Notes: generated by a model not told the origin, from the letters alone. Positions 16,212 to 24,671 are shown, counted from the first letter of the stretch. The stretch: 39,591 nt of DNA from Candidatus Woesearchaeota archaeon (GCA_964372845.1 CAYJRS010000002.1:1-39591); one strand, 5' to 3'. Made by a program: numbers and translations.

Positions 16212-17000
16212 ATGAACAATGAAAAAATTATTCTGATTAATGAAGACTCTAAAGAAGAAATTAAGATAGACAGCGATACCAATGTTAAGATCATTGTCGG
16301 AAAAAATTCTGAAGTGAGAGTAACAGATACTTCCGACAGCAATGTCCATGTTCTTGTCGGCGAGAATTCAAAAGTTAACTATCTGTCTATCAAGGATGAG
16401 AACAGTAAAAATCTTTCTATAAAAAAAGCAGAAATTGAGAAAGATGGAAAAATCAACTGGCTAGAGTGCTACTTGGGCACCGGGATTATAAAATCCATTA
16501 TCAGAACCGATCTTATTGGCGAAGGGAGCGAGAGTGAGAGTTTTGGAGTTATCTTCGGCAGCGATAAAGAGATTTTTGATATTAAGAATGAGGTTATCCA
16601 TATTGGAAATAGAAGTAAGAGCAATATGCTTACAAGGGTTGTTTTGGATAATGAAGCAAGGGCCAATTATAATGGATTGGTTAGAGTAAGCTCAAATGCC
16701 AGGGGCTGCGAGGGCTATCAAAAAAAAGAAACTATATTATTGAGCGATGATGCAAAGATAGATGCAGTTCCAAATTTAGAAATTGAGAACAATGACGTAA
16801 GATGCAGCCACGGCGCTACCATCAGCCAAATAGACGAGGGAAAGTTATTCTACATGCAATCAAGAGGTATAGATAAAAAGAGCGCCAAGATGGCTATTAT
16901 CGAGGGCTTTTTTGATCCTATATTAGTGACTATTGATGATCCTGAATTAAAGGAAAACATTAAAAATTCTATCTCGAAAAGATTAGAGACAATAAAATGA
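16212..17000 (+). CDS. sufD: Fe-S cluster assembly protein SufD (short form)
   Basis: NDVRCSHGATISQIDEGKLFYMQSRGI parallels the SufB C-terminus. Positioned between sufB and sufS. Confidence 0.85.
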   Translation: MNNEKIILINEDSKEEIKIDSDTNVKIIVGKNSEVRVTDTSDSNVHVLVGENSKVNYLSIKDENSKNLSIKKAEIEKDGKINWLECYLGTGIIKSIIRTDLIGEGSESESFGVIFGSDKEIFDIKNEVIHIGNRSKSNMLTRVVLDNEARANYNGLVRVSSNARGCEGYQKKETILLSDDAKIDAVPNLEIENNDVRCSHGATISQIDEGKLFYMQSRGIDKKSAKMAIIEGFFDPILVTIDDPELKENIKNSISKRLETIK

Positions 17001-18235
17001 AAAATAGTTTGCTAGATGTCGGAGAATTGAGAAAGGATTTTAGCATTTTGAATAAGAAGATAAACGGCAAGGATCTTGTTTATCTAGACAATGGAGCAAC
17101 CAGCCTGACTCCTGAAGCGGTTATTGGAGTGATGAACCAGTATTACGGGGAATACAACGCCAATGTCCATAGAAGCATACATTCTATCGGCGAGAGAGCA
17201 ACTAAAGAATATGAAGATGCCCATAAAAAAGTTGCCAAATTTATTAACGCTGACTTTGACGAGATTGTTTTTACGCGAGGCGCAACTGAATCATTGAATG
17301 CACTTGCTTATTCCCTGATAAAGAATTTGAAAGAAGGCGACGAAATTGTGCTGAGCGAAATGGAGCATCACTCAAATATTGTGCCGTGGCAGCAGTTAGC
17401 CAAAGATAAAAAAATTAAGGTCGGATATATTAAGGTCAATAAAGCTTTTGAATTAGATATGGGGCATGCTCGGGACTTGATAAATAACAAAACTAAAATT
17501 GTTTCTGTAACGCATGTTTCCAATGTCCTAGGAACGATAAACGATATTAAAGAAATTTGTAAAATAGCCCATAGCAGAAATGCTTTATTTATCGTCGATT
17601 CTTCTCAAGGCGTTCCGCATCTCCGTGTTAATGTTAAAGAGCTTGATTGTGATTTTCTTTGCTTTTCAGGACATAAAATGCTCGGTCCTACAGGCATCGG
17701 AGTTTTATATGGAAAGAAAAAAATGCTTGAGAAACTAAATCCTTTTTTATTCGGCGGCGAGATGATAAAAGAAGTTAGTTACGAGGACAGCAGCTGGAAT
17801 GATCTGCCTTGGAAATTTGAAGCTGGCACACCAAATATCGCCGGGGGGATTGGACTTGGAAGGGCAGTGGATTATTTATTAGATGTTGGCATGGATAAAA
17901 TAAAACAATATGATGATTATCTCATTGAGTACACTATTAAAAGGTTGAAGGAAATCGACGGAGTTAAAATATTTGGCCCTGATGATTTAAAGAAAAGATC
18001 TAGTGTGGTGAGCTTTAAGGTAGAAGGAATGCATGCCCACGACGTTGTTGCATTGCTTGACAGAGATGGCATTGCAATTCGCGGCGGACATATGTGCGCT
18101 ATGCCGTTGGTAACAAAAGTATTGAAGGAACAAAGTATCTGCAGGGCTTCATTGTATTTTTACAACACTCCTGGAGATATTGACAAACTTGTTGAGGGGA
18201 TTAAGAAAGCTAGGGAGGTATTTCAGCTGATATGA
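16997..18235 (+). CDS. sufS: Cysteine desulfurase SufS
   Basis: PLP-lysine region FSGHKMLGPTGIG and active-site RGGHMCA; 412 aa. ATGA overlap with sufD. Confidence 0.95.
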   Translation: MKNSLLDVGELRKDFSILNKKINGKDLVYLDNGATSLTPEAVIGVMNQYYGEYNANVHRSIHSIGERATKEYEDAHKKVAKFINADFDEIVFTRGATESLNALAYSLIKNLKEGDEIVLSEMEHHSNIVPWQQLAKDKKIKVGYIKVNKAFELDMGHARDLINNKTKIVSVTHVSNVLGTINDIKEICKIAHSRNALFIVDSSQGVPHLRVNVKELDCDFLCFSGHKMLGPTGIGVLYGKKKMLEKLNPFLFGGEMIKEVSYEDSSWNDLPWKFEAGTPNIAGGIGLGRAVDYLLDVGMDKIKQYDDYLIEYTIKRLKEIDGVKIFGPDDLKKRSSVVSFKVEGMHAHDVVALLDRDGIAIRGGHMCAMPLVTKVLKEQSICRASLYFYNTPGDIDKLVEGIKKAREVFQLI

Positions 18236-18645
18236 AAGAAAGCCTAGACCCTAACTGGTTAGGGAATGAGGAAGAGGAGATTTACAAAGAGAATATACTG
18301 GACCATTATAAAAATCCAAGGAATTTTGGAGAATTGGAAATGGCCGAGATAAAGGAGAGTGAATTAAATCCTGTCTGCGGCGATATGATAAAATTATTTG
18401 TTAAGCTTGATAAAAGTAAAAAAGTCTTTGATGTTAAATTCAAAGGTAATGGATGCGCTATAAGTGTTGCTGCCACTTCGATGCTGACAGAGGAATTGAA
18501 AGGAAAAAGTTTGGAAGAGGTCAAAAAAATTAGCAAGGAAGATATTTTCAATATGCTTGGAGTTAAGCTCGGAGTTGTGAGAATGAAATGCGGATTACTG
18601 TGTTTGAATACTTTAAACAAAGGAATTAAAAACATGGGGAAATAA
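18232..18645 (+). CDS. sufU: SufU / IscU-like sulfur acceptor-scaffold
   Basis: Conserved cysteines in NPVCGD, GNGCAIS and MKCGLL. Confidence 0.85.
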   Translation: MKESLDPNWLGNEEEEIYKENILDHYKNPRNFGELEMAEIKESELNPVCGDMIKLFVKLDKSKKVFDVKFKGNGCAISVAATSMLTEELKGKSLEEVKKISKEDIFNMLGVKLGVVRMKCGLLCLNTLNKGIKNMGK

Positions 18646-18646
18646 A

Positions 18647-19402
18647 ATGCCTAAACTTGAGATTGAAAATTTGCATGTGAATGTGGAAGGAGAAGAGATC
18701 TTGAAGGGCGTAAATTTAAAAATTGAACTTGGAAAAGTTCATGCACTTATGGGTCCAAATGGAAGCGGCAAATCGACGATGGCAAATGTCCTGATGGGAA
18801 ATCCAAAATATAAGATTACCGAAGGCAAGATTATTTTAGATGGAGAAGATATAACTGAGCTAAGTGCCGACGAGAGGGCAAAAAGGGGATTATTTTTGAG
18901 TTTCCAGTATCCTAGCGAGATAACAGGAGTTACGATGAGCAATTTTCTAAGGACTGCATACAATTCCACAAAGGGAGAGAGCGTCAATGTGCTGGATTTT
19001 CACAGAAAACTTAAAGATAAGATGAAAGAGCTTAGCATAGATCCGAGATTTAGCAAGAGATATGTAAATGAGGGATTTTCAGGAGGTGAAAAGAAGAGGA
19101 ATGAGATTCTGCAAATGGCTATTTTGGAGCCGAGATATATGATTCTCGACGAAACTGATTCAGGACTCGATGTAGAAGCTATTAGAATTGTTGGAAATGC
19201 AGTTACTAAAATGAGAAACTCTGAAAACTGTATCTTGATTATAACACATTATTACAGAATATTAAATTATATAACCCCTGATAAAGTCCATGTTATGATT
19301 GACGGAAGGATAGTTGATGAAGGAGGCAATGAACTTGCCGAGGAAATTGAAAGAAATGGGTTTAATAAATATCTACAAAATATAAAAATGGAGACTGCTT
19401 AA
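18647..19402 (+). CDS. sufC: Fe-S cluster assembly ATPase SufC
   Basis: Walker A GPNGSGKST, signature FSGGEKKR, Walker B ILDETDSGLD. Confidence 0.95.
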   Translation: MPKLEIENLHVNVEGEEILKGVNLKIELGKVHALMGPNGSGKSTMANVLMGNPKYKITEGKIILDGEDITELSADERAKRGLFLSFQYPSEITGVTMSNFLRTAYNSTKGESVNVLDFHRKLKDKMKELSIDPRFSKRYVNEGFSGGEKKRNEILQMAILEPRYMILDETDSGLDVEAIRIVGNAVTKMRNSENCILIITHYYRILNYITPDKVHVMIDGRIVDEGGNELAEEIERNGFNKYLQNIKMETA

Positions 19403-19873
19403 ATGTTCGGCAAAAAAAATTATGAAAATCCTGATATTGTAGAAGAAGATTTTTCAGAAACCCGGAGTTTCCAAGAAACTGGAATCAAAGACAAAGATGC
19501 TTGGAATAAAGGAAGGGAGGAAGAGAAGAAATTAGGAGTTACTGAGCCTTACCCGAAGAAAAGCTTTGAGAAGATCGAGAAAGAAATTGATAAAAAAATA
19601 ATTGATGTAATCAAAAATGTCCAAGATCCTGAACTCGGTGTTGACATCTGGAGCTTGGGGTTGATATACAACATTGAACAAAATGGAAAACTTGATATTG
19701 TGATGACTTTCACTTCGCCTATGTGCCCTTATGGCCCGCAGATAGTTTCTGAGCTGAAATCTGGGCTGAGGGGGAAAGGTTATAAAGAAGAAAATGTAAA
19801 TATTAATGTCGTATTCAATCCATTATGGGAACCAAGCGATGAGCTGAAAGAAGCACTTGGAATGGGAGGTTAA
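19403..19873 (+). CDS. DUF59 (SufT/MIP18-like) Fe-S assembly protein with N-terminal acidic extension
   Basis: DPELGVDIWSLGLIY ... FTSPMCPYG. Confidence 0.85.
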   Translation: MFGKKNYENPDIVEEDFSETRSFQETGIKDKDAWNKGREEEKKLGVTEPYPKKSFEKIEKEIDKKIIDVIKNVQDPELGVDIWSLGLIYNIEQNGKLDIVMTFTSPMCPYGPQIVSELKSGLRGKGYKEENVNINVVFNPLWEPSDELKEALGMGG

Positions 19874-19874
19874 A

Positions 19875-20555
19875 ATGCTAAAAAAACTATTTTCAATGAG
19901 AAAAGATTTTGAGAATCCGGATGTAGTTGAAGAAGATGCTTTTGTAAATAATTTTGAAAGTGAAACTGTTGAAATGAAAGAAGGATTAGAAGATAATAAA
20001 ATGGAAATGAATGGAAAGATAACAAAGGAGACTACTATCGGAGACATTGTTGAAAAACATCCTGAAGTTATTGAAACTTTGACTGAGCTTGGAGTTCATT
20101 GCGTTGGCTGCCATGTTTCTCCGTTTGAATCTTTGGAAATGGGATTTAAAGGGCATGGGATGAGCGATGAAGAGGTTGAAGATGCAATTGCCAAACTAAA
20201 TGATGTTATTGAAAATTCTAAAAATGAAAATAAAGTTTTCAACGATAAAATACATCTGACTAGAAATGCTGCTGAAAAAATAAAAACACTTTCTAATGGA
20301 GATGGTGGTCTGAGAATTTATGTTGAAAGGGGTGGATGCTCCGGATATACTTACGAGATGGAAATTGTCGAGGATAGAAAAGAAGATGATTTGGAATTCA
20401 CAGATAAAGGCGTGAAAATCTTCATAGAAAAGAACAGCTTTGAAAAATTGAAAGGGAGTTACATTGATTACTTAGATACTTTGCAGGGAGCTGGATTTAA
20501 AATTAAGAATCCAAATGCAAATACAACCTGCGGATGCGGGGAGAGTTTTGGATAA
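19875..20555 (+). CDS. Fusion of a DUF1858 redox-disulfide-like domain and an A-type (IscA/SufA/HesB) Fe-S carrier
   Basis: TIGDIVEKHPEVIETLTELGVHCVGCHVS followed by a C-terminal CGCGESFG. GGGAGG lies 5 nt upstream of the ATG at 19875. Confidence 0.85.
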   Translation: MLKKLFSMRKDFENPDVVEEDAFVNNFESETVEMKEGLEDNKMEMNGKITKETTIGDIVEKHPEVIETLTELGVHCVGCHVSPFESLEMGFKGHGMSDEEVEDAIAKLNDVIENSKNENKVFNDKIHLTRNAAEKIKTLSNGDGGLRIYVERGGCSGYTYEMEIVEDRKEDDLEFTDKGVKIFIEKNSFEKLKGSYIDYLDTLQGAGFKIKNPNANTTCGCGESFG

Positions 20556-20879
20556 ATGAAAGTCCTATTTATCTGCAACCAAAATCAGCATAGAAGTAAA
20601 ACAGCTGAAGAAATTTTTAGAGGTAAATTCGAAACTAAATCTGCCGGCCTATTTAATGAGAAACCAGTTAATGAAAAACAATTGTCATGGGCTGATATAA
20701 TTATTGTCATGGAAGACCATCAAAGAGCAGAGATAGCAAAAAGATTTCCTAAAATTTATATGCAAAAAAGGATACTTTCATTAAACGTGCCTGATCTCTA
20801 CAGTTATGATCAACAAGAATTAATTGATTTGCTTAAAAAACGCTTTAATCATTTAGCCATTCCTCAAATTGTTTCTTAG
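20556..20879 (+). CDS. Low-molecular-weight phosphotyrosine-phosphatase-like protein (short form)
   Basis: N-terminal VLFICNQNQHRSK matches the C-x5-R-S P-loop. Confidence 0.75.
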   Translation: MKVLFICNQNQHRSKTAEEIFRGKFETKSAGLFNEKPVNEKQLSWADIIIVMEDHQRAEIAKRFPKIYMQKRILSLNVPDLYSYDQQELIDLLKKRFNHLAIPQIVS

Positions 20880-21027
20880 CCTCTTCTTTTGATTTAAAAA
20901 TTTTAGTTTCTGCTACCGATAAATTGGGATATCTCCTTGTAACTTTATATTTCTTTTCTTCATGATCTATCATTTCTATAATAGAGATTTCCCATTTCCT
21001 TGTCGGATGTTTTTTAATCTCTTTCAT
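20845..21027 (-). CDS. Hypothetical 60-aa protein, last gene of the PIN operon
   Basis: The start overlaps the upstream stop (TAATG). Converges on and overlaps the phosphatase-like gene by 35 nt. Confidence 0.5.
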   Translation of the reverse strand: MKEIKKHPTRKWEISIIEMIDHEEKKYKVTRRYPNLSVAETKIFKSKEEAKKQFEEWLND

Positions 21028-21137
21028 TACTTACTAATCTGCTTTCCTCTGAATCTGTCATGACAACTGCATGGGCAGTAAACATTTCCAATTGGTAGAT
21101 GCCCGCATTTTTTACAGTGTTTTATTCCATCTTCCAT
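21027..21137 (-). CDS. Possible 36-aa zinc-binding peptide
   Basis: MEDGIKHCKKCGHLPIGNVYCPCSCHDRFRGKQISK. GGAGAGGG lies upstream. The ATG lies inside the 31-bp cysS-end repeat. Below the ORF-track cutoff. Confidence 0.4.
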   Translation of the reverse strand: MEDGIKHCKKCGHLPIGNVYCPCSCHDRFRGKQISK

Positions 21138-21148
21138 TTCACACCTTT
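21118..21148 (-). repeat. Perfect 31-bp copy of the cysS 3' end (distal copy)
   Basis: TGTTTTATTCCATCTTCCATTTCACACCTTT is identical to 23115-23145. Confidence 0.9.
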
Positions 21149-21169
21149 TTATCCCTCTCCTCAAATTTT

Positions 21170-21718
21170 TTATTTGTATTTATTCCTTTTGCTTTCTTGT
21201 AGTTTTAGAAATTGCTCTGGTTTAATAATTTCTATACCAAGATCAAGATTTTTAATTTTATTATACAAGGCATCATCTCTTGTTACAAAATACCTGCATC
21301 CACTTTTTATAACTTGAAATATTAAAATAGCATCTATGAATTCAACACCTTTCTTCGCCAAATTAGTTATAAACTCCGTATCTAACTCGTGAGTTTTCTT
21401 AGAAGCGATCTCTTTTAAATCACCTATAATATTTTCTATACCCTTTAATTCATCTTCACTTAATCTAATATTTCTCTTAGCCTCCAAAAATTCTCTTGTA
21501 TGGAATCCCAAGTCGAATAATTTTAATTCTAGAAATAATTCCTGCAACACAGACCTATATTCTAATAAAGTCCGATCTGAAATAACTAAATCTATCTTGT
21601 CTGTTAAGTAAAGTTCTGCAATTGATAAAGCCCTCTTTAGTCTTGGTGAAATGTGCTCTTCTTCTTTCCTCTCTGCCAATGTTAAGTCCACCAAAATATT
21701 TGTATCTAATGCTATCAT
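21170..21718 (-). CDS. PIN-domain nuclease with an internal insertion
   Basis: MIALDTNILV (first acidic residue), FIDAIL and VTRDD (later acidic residues). At 182 aa it is longer than a typical VapC. Confidence 0.7.
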   Translation of the reverse strand: MIALDTNILVDLTLAERKEEEHISPRLKRALSIAELYLTDKIDLVISDRTLLEYRSVLQELFLELKLFDLGFHTREFLEAKRNIRLSEDELKGIENIIGDLKEIASKKTHELDTEFITNLAKKGVEFIDAILIFQVIKSGCRYFVTRDDALYNKIKNLDLGIEIIKPEQFLKLQESKRNKYK

Positions 21719-21828
21719 TTTTTAAAATATCTTTTTTTAATAATTCTTCTTGCTTGACCTATCCATTTTCCTTTTCTTTTTTTAGTCTTAGTTGGTTTCT
21801 TTTTCGGTCTTGGTTTTTCTTTTGCCAT
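21715..21828 (-). CDS. Possible 37-aa highly basic peptide upstream of the PIN gene
   Basis: MAKEKPRPKKKPTKTKKRKGKWIGQARRIIKKRYFKK. AGGAGGTG lies 6 nt upstream. ATGA overlap with the PIN start. Confidence 0.45.
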   Translation of the reverse strand: MAKEKPRPKKKPTKTKKRKGKWIGQARRIIKKRYFKK

Positions 21829-21956
21829 TTTTTACACCTCCTTATGGTAATGTATTTTGGGCTAAAATACTATTTAAACAATTCGATTCTTATTTAAAAA
21901 AACTAATTACCCAGAAAATAAATCGATGGAGAACCTAATTCTTTTTCAGGATTTTT

Positions 21957-22053
21957 TTGATTTCTTTTTTCTAAAGTAGGGATGAAAGGGGGATAATCCC
22001 TTCAAGGAAAGGCTCATGGAAAACGTAGTTGTCCATCAGCTTAAGCGGTTAAA
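21957..22053 (+). repeat. Intergenic hairpin-repeat family, copy B
   Basis: GATTTCTTTTTTCTAAAG ... GGAAAGGCTC-ATGGAAAAC-GTA-GTTGTCCAT-CAGCTTAAGCGGTTAAA. It ends 1 nt from the HEPN stop codon. Confidence 0.75.
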
Positions 22054-22080
22054 TTTATTCTATCTTCCATTTCACGCCCT
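22054..22080 (-). repeat. Degenerate copy (24/27) of the cysS 3' end, forming the C-terminus of the HEPN ORF
   Basis: Encodes EGVKWKIE-stop versus cysS KGVKWKME-stop. Confidence 0.75.
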
Positions 22081-22510
22081 CTTTTGTCAATTGTTCAAAT
22101 TTTTCTCTTATTTCTGGTAAGGCTTGTTTTGCAAATTCTAAAGCCTCTGCACATTTTTCTGATGATATCTCTTCTGCCTTATAGACTGAACTGTTTCTAA
22201 GCATTCTGTAGCTATCAATCACATTTACTTCTCCATCATTTAACATTTTATACCCTTTAAGAAACGCTATTAAAGCTTCATGAGAGTAAGGCTTATACCC
22301 TTTTATTTCCATCAAGGATTGTGAAGCTTCTCTTAATGATTCATAGATATCTTCAAAGATAATGGATGATTCCGATTTGGTTATTTTTTCATTCATTACC
22401 CTTCTAAGCCTGACTTCAGCTTTTTGTAACAATGATCTTGCCATACCAAGATTAGGAATTGATTTTCTTACAAGATTTTCATTCACATAATATTCAAATG
22501 GCTTGATCAT
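22055..22510 (-). CDS. HEPN-domain protein (partner of the upstream nucleotidyltransferase)
   Basis: All-helical 151 aa with an RMLRNSSVY region at the HEPN motif position. ATGA overlap with the upstream MNT gene. Confidence 0.8.
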   Translation of the reverse strand: MIKPFEYYVNENLVRKSIPNLGMARSLLQKAEVRLRRVMNEKITKSESSIIFEDIYESLREASQSLMEIKGYKPYSHEALIAFLKGYKMLNDGEVNVIDSYRMLRNSSVYKAEEISSEKCAEALEFAKQALPEIREKFEQLTKEGVKWKIE

Positions 22511-23034
22511 TTTATTATTTCCATAAATCCTTCTAAAACTATGCCGTTAGCAAGTGAATTTTTAAATTCCTTTTCTGCCTTATCAAGGTTAATTAAATAA
22601 ATATTAATTTTTCTTGCCAGTTTATTCTCAAATTTCTTAAGGTCCGGAGTTTCTTTTTTGGAGGTGATTATTGCTATGTCTATGTCGCTTTTTTCTGTGT
22701 CTGTGCCCTCTGAGTAACTACCAAATAGTATAATTGCCCTAGGCATTTCGTAATGCTTTTTGATAAAATCTATAAAACCGATATCATATAAAGAATAAGT
22801 GTTGTAAAGCCTTTTAATTAGCAAGAATTTTCCGTTAAAATCAGGCCTAACTTCTTCTATATGCTTTACTTTTTTTGTGGTCAGCAGTTTTTCTTTTTTC
22901 AGCTTTTTTACGATTTTTATTATGCCTGTACTTGACAGCCCTGTTAATCTTGAAATCTCTCTTATATGGAATGTCCTATATGGAAACTTAAAAAATAATT
23001 CCATGACTTTAAGATTGTTATCTTTTGTGATCAT
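22507..23034 (-). CDS. Minimal nucleotidyltransferase (MNT) with N-terminal winged-helix domain
   Basis: ILFGSYSEGTDTEKSDIDIAII (GS ... DxD). Confidence 0.85.
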   Translation of the reverse strand: MITKDNNLKVMELFFKFPYRTFHIREISRLTGLSSTGIIKIVKKLKKEKLLTTKKVKHIEEVRPDFNGKFLLIKRLYNTYSLYDIGFIDFIKKHYEMPRAIILFGSYSEGTDTEKSDIDIAIITSKKETPDLKKFENKLARKINIYLINLDKAEKEFKNSLANGIVLEGFMEIIK

Positions 23035-23114
23035 ATGAGAACTATAGTTATCAATTGATATTTAAAGTTTGCGGTTAACTAAAACATAGCTAATAGTAAC
23101 TGCCATTTATTCAT

Positions 23115-23145
23115 TGTTTTATTCCATCTTCCATTTCACACCTTT
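23115..23145 (-). repeat. cysS 3' end, proximal (in-gene) copy of the 31-bp repeat
   Basis: Covers the last 8 codons, the stop and 4 nt downstream of cysS. Identical to 21118-21148. Confidence 0.9.
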
Positions 23146-24471
23146 CTTTGTGTCTTCTAAAATAATTCCTTTCTCTTTTAATTTTTCCCTGATCTTATCT
23201 GCTTTCCTGAAATCTTTTTTCCTTCTTGCCCTTTCTCTTTCCTGGATTAGTTTTTTAATTTCAGCAGATAGTTTTTTTTCTTTTATTGTTAATATATTGA
23301 ATACTTTATCAAATTCTAACATTAACTGATAACTTTTCTTTCCTCCCCCTTTCTTGTTGACTTTGTTCATGAAATCAAATATAACTGCTAATGCCTGCGG
23401 TGTATTGAAATCGTCATTCATTGCTTCTACGAATTTTTCTTTTGTTTCTTTTATTAACTGTAAATCGTCTTTTTCTTTGCTGCTCTTTAAATCTAAAACA
23501 AAATTGTTCAGCCTTTCCAGTGCATTCTTGCTTTGCTCTAATATGTCGAATGAAAAACTAATTGGAGTTCTGTAGTGATTTGAAGCAAAAAAATATCTTA
23601 TAACTTTTCCGTTGTATCTTCGTAGAGCCTCCTTTATAGTTATGAAATTCCCTTTTGATTTGCTCATTTTTTCCTTGTCGGTATTTAAGAAAGCTGTATG
23701 GAGCCAATATTTAACTAAAGGTTTTTTGCCTGAAATCGATTCCATCTGAGCTATTTCTGCTTCATGATGCGGGAATATCAAATCAACTGCGCCTCCATGA
23801 ATATCATATTGCTGTCCGAGTTCTTTTTCTGTTATTGCAGTGTCTTCGATATGCCATCCTGGCCTGCCATCTCCCAATTTCCATTTCCAGCTTGGATCTC
23901 CTGGCTTTGAAAACTTCCATAAACAGAAATCTCCTTTGTTTCTTTTTTCCTGATTTTCGTCTATCCTTGAAACTGCGTCTTCAGCCTCTTCGTGTTTTCT
24001 TTTAGCTAACTTTCCATAATCTTTAAATTTAGTCAGATCAAAATAATAACCATCTGAAGTTTTATATGCGCAATCTCTTTCTAACAGTCTCTGCACTTGG
24101 CTTTGAATCTCTTTTATGTAATCTGTTGCCCTTGCATATCTGCTTATTGAGTCTACTCCTAGTTCCTTCATATCTCTCAGATATTCATTTTCATATTTTC
24201 TTGCTATCTCTTTCCATGAAGTTTTTTCTTCTCTTGCTTTTTGTATTATTTTATCATCTATATCTGTTACATTCTGCAGATAGAAAACCTTGTATTTAAG
24301 ATAGTGGAGATATTTTACTATTATATCGAACTGTATGTAGGTTTTTGCATGACCTATATGGGCAAGATTATAAGGAGTTAAACCGCAAACAAACAGATTT
24401 ACTTTTTTCCCTTTAATTGGCTTGAAAACTTCCTTTTTTCTTGTTAAGGTGTTGTAAAGATGTATTTGCAT
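23119..24471 (-). CDS. cysS: Cysteinyl-tRNA synthetase
   Basis: HIGHAKTY and KMSKSKGN class I signatures; 450 aa. Confidence 0.95.
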   Translation of the reverse strand: MQIHLYNTLTRKKEVFKPIKGKKVNLFVCGLTPYNLAHIGHAKTYIQFDIIVKYLHYLKYKVFYLQNVTDIDDKIIQKAREEKTSWKEIARKYENEYLRDMKELGVDSISRYARATDYIKEIQSQVQRLLERDCAYKTSDGYYFDLTKFKDYGKLAKRKHEEAEDAVSRIDENQEKRNKGDFCLWKFSKPGDPSWKWKLGDGRPGWHIEDTAITEKELGQQYDIHGGAVDLIFPHHEAEIAQMESISGKKPLVKYWLHTAFLNTDKEKMSKSKGNFITIKEALRRYNGKVIRYFFASNHYRTPISFSFDILEQSKNALERLNNFVLDLKSSKEKDDLQLIKETKEKFVEAMNDDFNTPQALAVIFDFMNKVNKKGGGKKSYQLMLEFDKVFNILTIKEKKLSAEIKKLIQERERARRKKDFRKADKIREKLKEKGIILEDTKKGVKWKME

Positions 24472-24671
24472 TTAATTTAGGAATAGATTTTTGTTTATAA
24501 ACGTTATTGGGAGATTTTCCTCTTCTAAAACTTTATTCTATGCATCTTCAGTTCTCTTATTCTCCTTTTTCATTTTGCATTTTAAAGTAAGAACAGTTAA
24601 CTTATAAGTGTTTTGCAAACAGCTTTAAATATTTTATTTCATTTCTAGCTTTTCGGGGGTGTATTTATTAA

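Noticed and set aside
14703-19000. Numerous 60-125-aa antisense ORFs inside the suf genes (e.g. 15202-15453, 15369-15614, 16059-16349, 18306-18635)
   Set aside because: They are shadow frames of strongly supported sense genes. They encode low-complexity S/L/F-rich products typical of antisense frames in low-GC DNA. The same reasoning applies to similar ORFs inside cysS, DUF255, the ABC permease, polX and others.
21118-23145. Interpretation of the cassette block as a bona fide integron
   Set aside because: No IntI-like recombinase lies in or next to the block. The hairpin repeats lack a convincing R''/L''...L'/R' (RYYYAAC...GTTRRRY) paired architecture; only copy B has an ATTTAAC match at one end. 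The similarity is architectural only.
21099-23329. Plus-strand ORFs 21099-21317 and 23114-23329 sharing the peptide FYSIFHFTPF
   Set aside because: The shared peptide is simply the antisense translation of the 31-bp cysS-end repeat. Both ORFs are low-complexity shadows of minus-strand genes.
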